In this document: one piece after another, positions 11,308 to 23,629 of the stretch
Layout of the letters: every line of letters begins with the position of its first letter
Numbering within the stretch: the first letter of the stretch is position 1
Origin: Leucoraja ocellata
Lineage: Eukaryota
Direction: 5' to 3'
Length of the DNA stretch: 64,000 nt
NCBI GenBank assembly: GCA_036785375.1
Contig: JAWMAR010000543.1
Location: 124,001 to 188,000 of the forward strand
Notes under the pieces: generated by a model
Databases searched by the model: none
What the model was told of the DNA's origin: nothing
Seen by the model: the letters and a program-made list of their open reading frames with translations, nothing else
Program-made: the position numbers and the translations under genes

Positions 11308-12800
11308 CTGCAATTAAAATGTGTGAATGGATTGACGGAGACAAAACAAGATTAATGTTGGGAGTGCACCAGTACTTCATTTTCTTCCCACGGGTAACAA
11401 AACACTTCTCAGCATTATTGTGTAAGAAAGAACTGCAGATGCTGGAAAAATCGAGGGTCTGAAGAAGGGTCCCCAACCCGAAACATCACCTATTCCTTCG
11501 CTCCTTAGATGCTGCCTCACCCGCTGAGTTTCTCCAGCATTTTTGTCTACCTTCAGCATTATTGTGGTTATTTTCCAACAAAGTAAATCAAAACCATCAA
11601 ATCCATCAAAACCAATGACCACCTGCTGTACCCAGAAACATCCTATCTGTGTGCCATCTGTCCACAGCATTGCAGTTTATTGCACAGAATACCAAATTTA
11701 ACGCATCAACTGCAGACAGACCTAGACGAACATTAGGCTATAATTTAGCTCTATGCTGTAAGATATGGCTTTACAATTAGATTGATATTTTGAACTAAAT
11801 TATAATGCACATACATTTTAGGACAACAATATGAAATGAGAATAGGCAATAGATCATTAATTTCTTCCATGTATTCATAATCTTTCCTATTCGTTATTGC
11901 TCCTGTTTTTAGTGCTTTTAATGTCTTTTAATTTTTACTGTTTTATAGTCCTTAGTTTTACAGTTTTTAATGGTTTGTAATAACTTCTTGTCCATGAGTT
12001 CTCATGTACAGCACTTTGTGGCAACTGCAGTTGTTTAAAGTGCTTTATAAATAAAGTTATTATTATTATTATTTAAGCCATGAATATATCACTTGGTGGC
12101 ACTGAAATGCAATTGTCTTCATGGTACAGATATTTCCATTTCAATATCTTCCTTTAGCCTAGGATACTAGAGTATTCATTCTCTGTTAACAGATAAAACC
12201 ACTCCACCCCAGACATCTAACCACCTTAGTATACACTTGTCTGCACAGTTTTCAAGTCTATATCACAATAGATACTATTGATACCTTATTGTTTAAAAAA
12301 AAGTTAAACATCTTCTTCAACTGCATTGCTTCATTTAATAATTTGAAACAAAATGGGGCTTTTATCTTTAATTATGGGAGAATTAAAGTAAATGGAAAAG
12401 AATAAAAAACACAGGGCTGGAAATTATTTTGTACTAGGAATGACAAAACGATAGTTGAAACAGGAAATGCTAGAAACTCTGTAGATCAGGCATCATCTGT
12501 GGAGAGAGAAACAGCTAATGTTTTAAGCTGAAGACCCTTCATCAGTGCCGGAAATAGCTGTGTGCAACAGTGGTTGTTGGGAGTACATTTTATGAATAAG
12601 CAGAAGTCAAGGGTTAGGTCCGGCTGTAAGACGGCCATAATTGACTGCCATTAGTGCCACTGATCCTCATTAGCAGTGTGCATCTGTAAAGAATGGTAAT
12701 TGGTTATTTGTGCACAATGATGAAGGGCTATTCAGCAGCTGGCAGATTCAAAAGAACAAAAAGGGGTGGAAGGGTAAGGAAAGGACAATAATTTGAATAC

Positions 12801-13319
12801 CTCTACATCAAATCTGGTCATATCTGCCTTCCATTTGAACAGATCTTGAACAGCGCCTCCAAATTCTCTGGCTACCTCCATTGAGGTAACGATATGCTTC
12901 TCTCCAGCTCTGTTGCAGGTAACTCGAAATTTGAGCGGTCCACAGGTCTCCCCTTCATTTTCGTTTTCATTTTTGCCAGTGACATGTCCATCCAGTGAAA
13001 TCTGATCAGTGACCATATCATTGAAGATCAAGGTGGACTCTTTAGTTTCAGAGGGCCGATCGCTAGTTGGTTCAGACTCAGCAACATACGATGTAGTTCC
13101 ATTGTGCAGTTGATCTCCAGAAGCCAAACGAGCACAGGCCAATGGCACATCGTCTTTGTTACTTTCGTCTGGTGTTTTTGAAGCCGGACTACTTTCTTGA
13201 TTGATTTTCCTGCGCTGTAACTTCCTCTTCTTGAGACTGTTGTTCAGCTCCCATACTTCAAGGGGATTTGCCCAGGGAAGTTGGCCAGCTAACTGCCTGA
13301 AGTCCTCTAGTATACTATC
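12801..13319 (-). CDS. THUMPD3: THUMPD3 coding exon 3 (THUMP domain)
   Basis: taacag / gtattc, 519 nt, phase 0-0. DSILEDFRQLAGQLPWANPLEVWELNNSLKKRK...LKFRVTCNRAGEKHIVTSMEVAREFGGAVQDLFKWKADMTRFDVE. Confidence 0.95.
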
Positions 13320-14067
13320 CTGTTAAAGAAATGTGGAGACTTGAACACAAAAGCTAAGCTGATACTTCTAGTGCAAAACTAAGAATGTTGTATTGTGACA
13401 GATGGCATCTTTGAATGAGATATTAAACTAAAGCACCATCTTCTTCTCAAATGGACGATAAGAACCAAAGAGCACTATTTCAAAGTGGTGGACTTCCCTA
13501 TTATTCAGTGAACTAACATTATTTATCCAATCATCAATTATTAAATAATTCCGTATCTGCGGCCTCTGATCATTGAGGATTATGTTAGGACATGAATTAA
13601 GAAGTATCTTGGCTAAACATATTAGAAAGTAAAGCCAGTATGGGTGCAAATAAGAAAAAGGGACGTAACATTGGTGGTCCTTTGGCATCTCAGGGCCCTC
13701 CCCAGGTAACTTCCACACGGATATACGTATAAGCTGCAATAATTGGGAAACTGGGTTGAGCAGACCTCAGAGTGCTGAGCAGACTTACTCGCTCACTCAC
13801 TGAGGCATGTAGTACCTCTGCATAAAGACAGATTGTAAAAGCTTTTGAAAGTATGTAAAAAGAAAAAAGTGACTAAATGAAATAAATATTTTGGATTGGT
13901 ATTTGCAGTGTAAACTCGAAACGCATACTCGTAGGTAAACTGGAGGGAAAGGAGATTGAGGAACTTAAAGCAATTAATATAACTGGCAAAATATATGGTG
14001 AAAACTAAAAGAGCTAAAAGCTGCCAAACTCCTGGTATTGATGCATGCATTCTAATTTCTCATTAGA

Positions 14068-14390
14068 GTCACAGTGCATGGAAACTGGTCCTTAGGCTCA
14101 CCAAGCCATACTGTCAAACACCTATTCACACTAATACTACACCAATCTGATTTTATTTTCTCCACATTCACAGCAACTCTCCCAGTTTCTACCACTCATT
14201 TATACACAAGGAGCAGGTTACAATAGCCAATTAAGTTACCAACCAACATGTCTTGGGGATGTGGAAGGATACCAGACCACCGAGAAGCATACATGGTCAC
14301 AGGCAAAACATGCAAGCTCCACACAGACACCACCAAAGGTCAGGATTGAACCCAGGTTACTGGAGATATGATGCAGCAGCTCTATTTACT
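14068..14390 (-). mobile_element. HE1-type V-SINE, decayed
   Basis: Reverse complement of the V-SINE head and core (caagctccacacagacac...ggtcaggattgaacccagg...gcagcagctct). Confidence 0.7.
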
Positions 14391-14528
14391 AAGCAACTAT
14401 GAGAGAGGAAATTGTAGAGCTAATAGTAGACACATTGGATGTTGTCTTCCAAAACTTGAAGGGCCTACTTCTATCCCTTTATCTTTTCTTATGTTATAGA
14501 TAGTTTATTGCAATGGCAAGGCACTTAC

Positions 14529-14606
14529 CTTGGTATCGTTAAACTGATAATGGGGAAACTCCTGGACAACAACAAATAAATTATCAACAGATCTCAAAAG
14601 ATGAAC
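14529..14606 (-). CDS. THUMPD3: THUMPD3 coding exon 2
   Basis: tttcag / gtaagt, 78 nt. VHLLRSVDNLFVVVQEFPHYQFNDTK. Confidence 0.95.
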
Positions 14607-15304
14607 CTGAAAAAGAGAGAACAGCATGAATTAGAATTTTGTAACGTTTGGAAACATGACATGCAATGACATACCACAAAACAAGATGCGATTTCAGATG
14701 ACTAGTCAAAAGCTACTTCTCTCAAATGACAAGAGAAAAATAATTTGTATTTAATACAGCATCTTTATTATTCCTTTAAAGGCATCGCAAAGCCCTAAAT
14801 AGAAATATGGGTCTTCAACCTGAAACATTTACTCCATTTTCCCTTTGAAAAATGCTGTCTGACTTGCAAAAGTTTTCAGTTCTCCTGATTTTGTTTCAGA
14901 TTTCCAATAGCAACATTTTTCCCCCAGTCTGTATTCATCAAATTAACATAGGAAATGCAGCAGACTTTCACAAACAGTAGAATGGAAACAACCAGACATA
15001 TTTAAAAGTATTCAGAAAATAAGAACTGTTTCCTCAGACTGAGGAGTCTAGATCTAGGTGTCTTGGTCTCAGAATAAGAGATGCGCCATTTAGGACTGAC
15101 ATGGAGTTCATTCATTTGGATGGATTAAATGGATTTATTGCTATTTGGGGAATTAAAGAATATGAGGATAGTGCAGGAAAATGATTTGGAGGTGGAAGCT
15201 CAGCCATGATATTGATAAATAGAGCAGACTCGATGAGTCAAACAGCCTCCTCCTGCTCTTGTTTCTTATGTTATTCAATGGGGTTAAATGCCCATCTGAG
15301 CTAG

Positions 15305-15530
15305 TGTGGAAGAAGGAACTGCGAATACTGGTTTAAACCGAAGATAAGACACAAAACGCTGAGTTACTCAGCGGGACAGGCAGCATCTTTGGAGAGAAGG
15401 AATGGGTGACGTTTCAGGTCGAATCAGTTTGAGGAAGTGTCTCGACCCTAAACGTCACCCATTCCTTCTCTCCAGAGATGCTGTCTGTCCCGCTGAGTTA
15501 CTCCAGCTTTTTGTGTCAATCTTCGGATTA
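15305..15530. mobile_element. Palindromic PLE derivative
   Basis: Same family sequence as 10130-10357 in the opposite orientation, with a small central deletion. Confidence 0.8.
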
Positions 15531-15696
15531 AATATCAGCTTGGACATCAAGCATAATTCCCTACCAATCTTCAAAATATTGTTTCTGTTCATCTGTGAAG
15601 GCAGACTGGGCTTAGTTTAAAATCTCACTCAAAAACTGTGCCTGACAATCAGTGTTATACAGTACTGAAACAGGTACTTCATATTCAACTTTTCCA

Positions 15697-16095
15697 CACA
15701 GGCCAAGATGCCCATCTGAGCTAGTCCCATTTATCCACATTTAACCCATATCCCTCCAAACCATTCCTATCTATATTCTTGTCCAAATGTTATTTAAATG
15801 TTGTTATTTAAACCTCAACTACTTCCTCTGGCAGCTCGTTCTATAGCCACTGTATGGAAATAGTTGCCTCTGGTAGTATTACATTTATTCCCTTTCACAT
15901 AAAACATGCATACTCTAGTTCTTGAATCTCCTATCTGGAAAAAAACTCTGTGCATTCAACCTATCTTTTTCACGATTTTATACACCTCTACAAGATCACT
16001 CCTAAGCCACCTGTGCTCCAAGGAATAGTCCTAGCCTGTCCAACCTCTCCCTACAGCTCAGGCTCTGGAGTCCTGACAACATCCTTGTAAATCTT
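15697..16095 (-). mobile_element. CR1 LINE 3' fragment, decayed
   Basis: Reverse complement of the CR1 3' region (ctacttcctctggcagctcgtt...ttatacacctctacaagatcac...aacatccttgtaaatct). Confidence 0.75.
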
Positions 16096-16343
16096 ACAAT
16101 TAACATCTCTCAAGGCACTGATTATGTTCTTGTCTTCTGAGAGGTTAGAGTATTATCAACTAAGCTGTGGCCATCTCACACAGGAAAATAATGCTCCAAT
16201 GTGATCAGCTATCCATGTTGAGCCAGCAGAACTCTGGGTATGAATAGTTTAATTGTCTTTCAATCTTTTAGATTAGGTCTTACAAAGAACATGGTTCTCA
16301 ACTTTCAACACTTTTAAACGTATGGAATAGATACAAAACCAAC

Positions 16344-16610
16344 CTGAAAAAGATTATCCGTGGAAATCTCAAAATAGATTCTTCCTCGATCCTTGCTAAT
16401 TCTGGACTCGGATCCAATTTTTTCTTGCACTTCATCGGCAGCAGTTTTCTCAAAGCCAGTAGGAACAGTTGCTCCAACTGTGACATAAGGCCCCGGCAAA
16501 CATCCGTGCTGCTTCTTTGTCACATCTTTATTTTCACGAGGCCCGCCCTCCACTTCAGGCAAAGTCACTGCTGCATTTTGCACCTCAGCATCGCCACTGA
16601 TTGCAGACAT
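16344..16610 (-). CDS. THUMPD3: THUMPD3 first coding exon
   Basis: ATG at 16610-16608, donor gttggt at 16343, 267 nt. MSAISGD...VTVGATVPTGFEKTAADEVQEKIGSESRISKDRGRIYFEISTDNLFQ. Confidence 0.92.
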
Positions 16611-17680
16611 TGCTTCAATATTTTTAAAAGAAAAAGATATGCATTCATATAGCAGTTTTCAACTCCGGATATCTCAAGTAAATGTAAAGTGTACTCCCTG
16701 TGGTAATCTTAGAGGGGTGGTAGCCAATTTTCATGTTGCAGGATAATAATTAGGAGTGCTGATCAAGAGATTAAGCGGACATCAGTAAGATCAAGAGTGC
16801 CATGGATATTTTGCAAACATTTAATGGCAAAAAGTTAATGTCTTCAATAAAATACAATGCTTCACACATTGCAGTACACCTACAATAGAGTACGGGTCTC
16901 CCAGTGTTAAATTCAAACTGTATGCCACAGATGACAGCTCACTTAGGTTGTACTCTGATCATGCACTCACCAAGAATCAGACTAACTCGATCCAAATGAT
17001 TCTGAGCCAGAAAACAAGACTTAGTTGAATGATTGCTAGACTATTCCACAATTTTCTTTTGTTAGCACCTGGTGATCCTTTTACTTCCCTCCCAGACGGT
17101 CCACTTTCCTTTGTGACCTATTTTTCGAGATTAATCAATTAGATCTGGCACAATAGACAGAATCAAGAATAAAAATTAAACACAATTTCATCCCAACAAG
17201 GAAAACATTTTTAACTCCATGATTCCTTCCAGCAATGTCAGGCTGGTAGAAATTTGATGCAGCTATCCTCCAATGCATGAGATTAGCCCTTCCCAGAATC
17301 GGGTAATCAGTTGAAGCCACTGATCCTGGTTAGATTCGTGCTATTGTCAGTGATGGGGGGCATAGCTGAACCCAGATACTATTCCCAGTGACTAAAGACA
17401 TGTCTAACTTCTACGAGGTGACATGTGAACATGGTCACACCAGAATCAATGACGACGGGTTACAACACTACTCTATATCTGCACTCTCGATGACTCGATC
17501 ACACCCCCTCCCCGGGAATGAGGTCACTCCTACTCCCTCATTCCCCACTCCCTAGTCAGTCTCATCCAAACAGTAACTGGTCCAAATGAGAGAAGTGGCA
17601 GCCGACCCCACACATGCCAGTGACTGAGCTCACACGCGATCCTACATCACCCCCTCCTTATCAGCGAGGTCACAACTCAC

Positions 17681-17810
17681 TCTCGATTGCCCCTTCCCGT
17701 GGCTGAGGTGATTCCCAGGCCCCTTCTGTCCCTGTAAACCGCCGCCCGGTTCCGCTGCCCCCAGGCGCCTCCCCTACCCGCTCCGGTTGCCAGGCTCCCG
17801 TGTACTTCCG
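17681..17810 (-). other. THUMPD3: Probable non-coding first exon (5' UTR) of THUMPD3; TSS approximate
   Basis: GC/CpG-rich island ending in a consensus donor GAG/gtgagt (actcac at 17675-17680), about 1.07 kb upstream of the ATG exon and directly below the ETS/NRF1 motifs. Confidence 0.65.
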
Positions 17811-17855
17811 GCGCCGCTCCGGAAGCGCAGATGCCGGCTGCGCGCATGCGGTTAC
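17800..17855 (-). promoter_or_regulatory. Housekeeping-type CpG promoter of THUMPD3 with paired ETS/GABPA sites and an NRF1-like site
   Basis: ACTTCCGG at 17804-17811 and CCGGAAG at 17819-17825 (inverted pair), TGCGCGCATGCG at 17839-17850, no TATA box. Confidence 0.7.
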
Positions 17856-18929
17856 AGAAACATCCTACATAAAAATAAAAGTTATTTGGTAAAAATCTAA
17901 TCCTCATTTTCAGAATTTTAATTTATTAACACAAACTGTTCCCCCGCAACGCTGATTACACTGCGAGTCGTGTCGGGATACGGAAATGGATGAAAAGAAA
18001 GGCCCACGTTCCGCTCCGTACAACACGTCAGCTCATTGCATTTAGAAGGAGTGGTCTATCTTGCTCCGCCCATCCATCCATCCATCCATCCATTGACAGC
18101 AACTCTACTGCTGCTCCACTTTGTAGTGGGCCACTCCCACTTTTGATACTGGTATCCATAAAAGGAGTGCCAAAATTCAGGAATGATCCTGATTCTAGAG
18201 TTAGAGGATACTGTATCTCAGAGGGCTGTAAGTCTGCAAGAGATTGGAGAAATTGTGAAGACTAATGGTGCCAGGATAGGGAAGAAGTGCAAACATTTTA
18301 AAATTGAATTCAATTAACTTTATTTTTCCGTTAGGAACTTTGGTTTCTGCAGTCATACAAGAAAAAGAAACAATTTTACAACACACGACCAACTCAATTC
18401 ACACAGACATCCATCACAGTGAATCACTGATGGAAGGCAAAGTCGTCTCTCAGGTCATTGCTTAACCTGGAGCCAGTGAGTTCAGGGATATGAAGTAAAT
18501 TTGGCTAAACTGTATCTTTTCACCAACATCGTTAGTAAGTTGGGCTTGGGCAGCAGAGGTTTACTGGAAACGTACACTGACAACTTGAACGCCCAGGAAC
18601 AAAGATGGAAAAGTGGCGAAACACAGCCCAGTCCACATGGGTACTGAGCTCTCCACCATCAAAGGGATCTTCAAGAGTCACTACCTCATCAGAGACCAAC
18701 ACCACCCGAGCCACACTCTCATTGGCTGAGGTGACTCCCGGCCCCTTCTGTCCCTGGAAACCGCCGCCCGGTTCTGCTGCCCCCAGGCGCCTCCTGCCAT
18801 TATGAAGAAGCTACTTCCTTACAACCAGCAGGCAATTACACTACAACCATCAAATAAACTCTAAACAACAAAGACTTGGGGCATTATTTTTGTATTTGCA
18901 CCATTATTGCTTGTTTATAAATATATATA

Positions 18930-20340
18930 CTAAACTAAGTCGGACCCATTGGGTCCCATGTTCACACGGGAGGGCTGGACACCAACACAATATTCCACCT
19001 CTCCACCAATTCCAATATTGGTAGCCAGTGGGGGGGAGGGGGGTGTTCAGGAGCGCTAGTATGGGTGTTGTGGGCCGAAGGGACTGGTTTCCAGGGGACT
19101 AGTATGGACATTGTGGGCCGAATGAATTCTTTGGCTAGCAGCTCAGTCACTCAGGCCTGGTAGGCTGGCAGCTCAGTCACTCAGGGCTGGTGGGCTGGCA
19201 GCTCAGTCACTCAGGATTGGTGGGCTGGCAGTTCACCCACGGCTATTCCTTGAAATTCCATTTCAAGCAGAGTGCAGTCCACTAAATTCAATTTCAAGCA
19301 GAGTGCAGGCCACCAAATTCAATTTCATAGCATTTCAAGCAGAGTGCAGGCCACCAAATTCAATTTCATAGCATTTCAAGCAGAGTGCAGGCCACCAAAT
19401 TCAATTTCATAGCATTTCAAGTAGAGTGCAGGCCACCAAATTCAATTTCATAGCATTTCAAGCAAAGTGCAGGTCACCAAATTTAATTTTATAGCATTTC
19501 AAGCAGAGTGCAGGCCACCAAATTAAATTTCATAGCATTTCAAGCAGAGTGCAGGCCACCAATTGCCAAACAACTCATTGCATTGTCATTAAGGGCTAAT
19601 AAGTCATTTATTGCAAGTAGATTAGATTAGATTTGTTTATTGTCATTCAGACCTTTCGGTCTGAACGAAATTTTGTTTCCTTGCAGTCATACATATAATT
19701 TAAAAAATGACAAAAACACACAATCAACACAAATTTATCATCCACCACAGTGAGTTCACCTTACTGTGGTGGAAGGCAAAATCTTAAAGTCTCTGTCTCT
19801 TCCCTCTTTGTTCTCCCTTTGCGCCGAGGCGATGGTTCAAACTCCGCGGGTGGTCGCTGCCTCCGCCACAGCTCCGAGGCCGAGTCGGGTCTCCACTACT
19901 GCTGCTGCCGCTGCTGCAGCTGCTGCCGCCGCCACAGCTCCAGGGCCGAGTCGGGTCTTCACTGCCGCTGTCTCCGCCACAGCTTCGGGGCCGAGTCAGG
20001 TCTCCGCTGCCTCCGCCACAGCTTTGGGGCCGAGTCGGGTCTCTGCTACTGCTGCTGCTGCCGCTGCCGCCGCCACAGCTCCAGGACTATTGCAGACTCG
20101 CAGTTCAGTTGATTCACAACTTAGAATCACAGTTGTAGACTCTCCCTCGTGATCTTCCATAGTGACTGACTCATGTCCAGGCATCCAGGGTTTTATAGAA
20201 ATATCCTCAGGACTGCCTGAGCGGAGGAGGATTGTGAGTAAGATGGCTAAAAATCATAGCGATATATGGCAGCGCTTTTTCTAAAATCAATATACAGCGC
20301 AGACAGGAAGTGGTCAAGATGGGACTTTTTGTTATATAGA
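18930..20340 (-). mobile_element. Non-autonomous Helitron with internal tandem arrays, inserted into a Rex/L2-type LINE 3' fragment (18600-18929 and 20341-20480)
   Basis: Minus strand reads A|TCTATATAAC...TTAG|T. GC-rich hairpin ggaccc-att-gggtcc at 18942-18956, 12 nt from the 3' end. AT target and no TSD. Confidence 0.8.
19138..19560. repeat. Two adjacent minisatellites: 30-bp unit x3 (19138-19227) and 41-bp unit x~8 (19259-19560)
   Basis: Units are gcagctcagtcactcagggctggtgggctg and catttcaagcagagtgcaggccaccaaattcaatttcatag. Confidence 0.92.
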
Positions 20341-21089
20341 TACACGCACACACATACACTGAACCTTTTTCGTTTATTGTAATTTTTACAGATTATTATA
20401 TTTTCATATATGTTGTGCAGCTGCAAGCAAGAATATTATTATTCCGTTCGGGGAGATATGACAATAAAACAGTTTACTCTTCACCAGAGGCACATGCAGT
20501 TCAATAGTTGGCATGGATGAGCCACAGTAGTGCAGTTAGACAATGTCATGAAGGTGTTATTGCTGCTTTTAATACCTTGCTTTATGTGAAGTGAACACTG
20601 TCAGTAGTCCCAGAAAAGGTAGCAAGCCCACAATCTTGTGTTCTTTCCACAGCAATATGGAGGCTATTGATCAGTTTGATGAATCTATTCCAGACTGCAC
20701 TGGAATCTTTATATTATTTTTCCTGACATTTGCCTTCAAGACAGAGGTGGAAAGGACCCATGGAAAATGGGGAACTCCTTAATCTGTTACTGAGCAAATA
20801 GAAGACTCAAGTCAGAAGGATATTGATCAGAAAGCTTTAATTTGTTGATGATTTTGCCTTACTACAAGAAACAAGTGATGGCCATAGTCTTGCTCCCACC
20901 ACCAGAGTAAAGGGACCAGTTGCATAAGGTCCACTTACTGTTCCAGTTAGGATTCCCCATTGAATACTTGACATGCATCCACTCCATCTTTCATGCCTTT
21001 AAATGCACAGTTCAGAAGAACGGAGAAAAACACATGAACCTTTCATGGAAATCAGTCAGAAACTGGGTGAGGAACTGGTTGCATTATGG

Positions 21090-21610
21090 CTAGCTATGGC
21101 AATTCTAACACACGAGAACGCAAGTTGCAGTGAGTAGTGAACTCTGCTTGGCCACCATATGCACAGCCCTCCCCACCATTGAAAGCATCCACATGAAGTG
21201 CCCTCAAAAGGCATCATCTATCATCAAGGACTCTCACATGCCCTCTTCTCACTGCTACTGTCGGGCAGGAGATACAGAGCCTGAGGTCCTACACCACCAG
21301 AGCCCGAGGTCCTACACATACTTTCCCACAACTATCTGGTTTTGGAACCAACCTGCACAACTCTAATCCTACCTCGGCAAAGGAACACTATGGACTACCT
21401 CTTGCACTACCGACTTTTTCAATTGTGTATTTTTGCAATAATGTCTTGGTTTTTTTTGCACACTTTCACAGTCTTGTAGAATTTACATGTATTTTTTGTA
21501 TAATTTATGTTTTTGAGTGCTGTCCGAGTGTGATGATGCTGCAAACAAGATTTTCATTGTTCTGTACCTCACCGTTATTGTGTAAATGACAATAAACTCG
21601 ACATGACTTG
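21090..21610 (+). mobile_element. Rex/Babar-L2-type LINE 3' fragment, decayed
   Basis: ALPTIESIH..KASSIIKDSH peptide, followed by a 3' UTR ending tgacaataaactcgacatgacttga. Confidence 0.7.
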
Positions 21611-23629
21611 AACAGCTGCTACCATCTTCAGCATTGAACAAGTCCAAGCTCACTGTTAACACCAAGCATATTAGCGTACAAAACATAGGACTTTTCTGCA
21701 TCATGAGACAAAATGAACAACTCATGAGCATTGAGAAGAAAGGGTAAATCATTCTACCTGCACTGCGTACATCAGATGTCCAATATCAAATGGTAGGGTT
21801 GGGTCGCTATCACAGTTCTTCAAAGAGCAAATTTACCGAGCATAACAGCCTTGAGTTTGAAGATTTTTGCAAAGCAATGAGATGTGGCCATGGAAGTCGG
21901 ATTTGGTGAATATGTTATCAAAGATAAGAATGAAAAGAGACACCACTGAGGCAAGAGAGGCAGGCGGCAGAGACCAGAATAGAACTGCTGCACGGTTGTC
22001 ATTCTTGGAACAGAGGTGGTAGTGAGTTCATGTCAAGTTCAAAACTGCAGGTGCTTGAAATTTAAAATTATAAAAATGCTGGAAATACTCAGCAAGTCAG
22101 CCCGCATCTGTGGGGAAATGGATATAGTCGAGGACTATCAAAACAGTTCTTATTGTGCATTTCCAGCATCAGTATGTCGGAACAGTTTTCATTTTAAAGT
22201 TCCGATTTTTTAAATTTTAACAGATTGGAAGATGATTGCCTACCAAAGACTTGATCCATGAGAAGGTCGAGGGGGAGGTCTTTGACAAAGCAATCCACCC
22301 AAGACCTCAACGGTGGACCAGGCGGAGGATGATGGCTGACTTTAGTGGAGCGTCACAACGGCAGGGAAGGCGGATGAAGGCTGCAGCAGAAAAGGGTCAC
22401 CGGTCGTCTTGGACTCCATGCCACTGGATCCTGACCCAGATCTGTCAAGGACCATGTGGTGGCTGTCTGTGCACCAGTCTCCCCACGTTAAACAAAGTCA
22501 CGCACAGGCGTCCTCCATGAGAGGACAATCATACTCGTTTCGAGTGACCGCCGATGATGATCAAAGATAGAAGAATATGAGGTTACGTAAGTTTTGCTTT
22601 AAGTATACATGCACGGCATATGATACCAGCTGCGGTTGGATGGCCAATGGGAAACCCTTGCGAATGATTGGAACATGGATTGGAACAAGTGGCTTCATAA
22701 TCTCCAGCATGGCACCAAAGTCATAGAGCAGGGAAACAAGCCCTTCTGCCCACTAAATCTGTGACAGCACCAAGATCAGCATCGGACCTAGGTCGTTGGA
22801 GCTGTGAGGCAGCAGCTCTACCAGTTGCACCACTGTACCCCCCATCACCTCCTTAAAGTTCATTCAAAGTGCTAGAGAACATCAGATCTGTCCCCAGATG
22901 CTCTGTGACCCGCTACATTCCTCCAGCACTTTGTGTTTTGCTTGAGATTCCATCATCTGCAGTCTCTTGTGCACCCCTAAAGTTCAAGGCAGGAATTGGC
23001 TCTAGTAGCTTAATGAGAAAAGACCTGGAGGCTGCATGCCGCTTTTAAACTATCCAATTATCACACAGGCATTTGCAGCAACTGCTGTGGATAATACCGG
23101 TTTGTGATAGACTATTTGGCCGTGAAGAATCAATGTCTTAGGCTTCAATATTCTCTGTTTCCTTCAGTGTGCCAACAATATTCCAAAAATGGATGGAAGA
23201 GGTGGTAGTTGATCTTTTGTTAGGAGTGTTGTGTGGTAACAGTAGATGTTAAAGTATTATTGATCATTAATGTGTGTGGGCATGGCTAATCCAGAAAGAC
23301 TGGTACTTTTCATCATGGCACTTGAAAGTACTTAGGAAGTAACCAATGTGACTAGAGCTGCAACATAAACACAGGGATTGTGTTTGTTAAATTAATTTTT
23401 TGAAAATTGTCAAAAAGGATTTGGTTTTACACATATTTTAAAGGCTTAGTTATACCTATCCCAATCTATTATGTTATGACGCAATCTACCCAGGTATGTG
23501 TGTGTACAGTGCTAGTCAATTTTATGGTGGTTTGGCTGAGGGATAAGAATTGACCAGGACATAACTCTTTTTGAAGATGTGTGTGATAGTGCTGTATTGG
23601 AATTTTTGAATAAACAGGTCTTATTCAGG

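Noticed and set aside
17865-18070. CpG-containing block just upstream of the THUMPD3 promoter as a possible divergent gene or exon
   Set aside because: It has no splice signals or credible ORF, and it looks like a dispersed repeat fragment that I cannot classify.
19259-19560. Regular 41-bp array superficially like a CRISPR array
   Set aside because: The units are contiguous with no unique spacers, the context is eukaryotic and there are no cas genes.
19750-20184. Ala-rich and Cys-rich ORFs
   Set aside because: They come from GC-rich tandem repeats inside a TE and have no splice or gene context.
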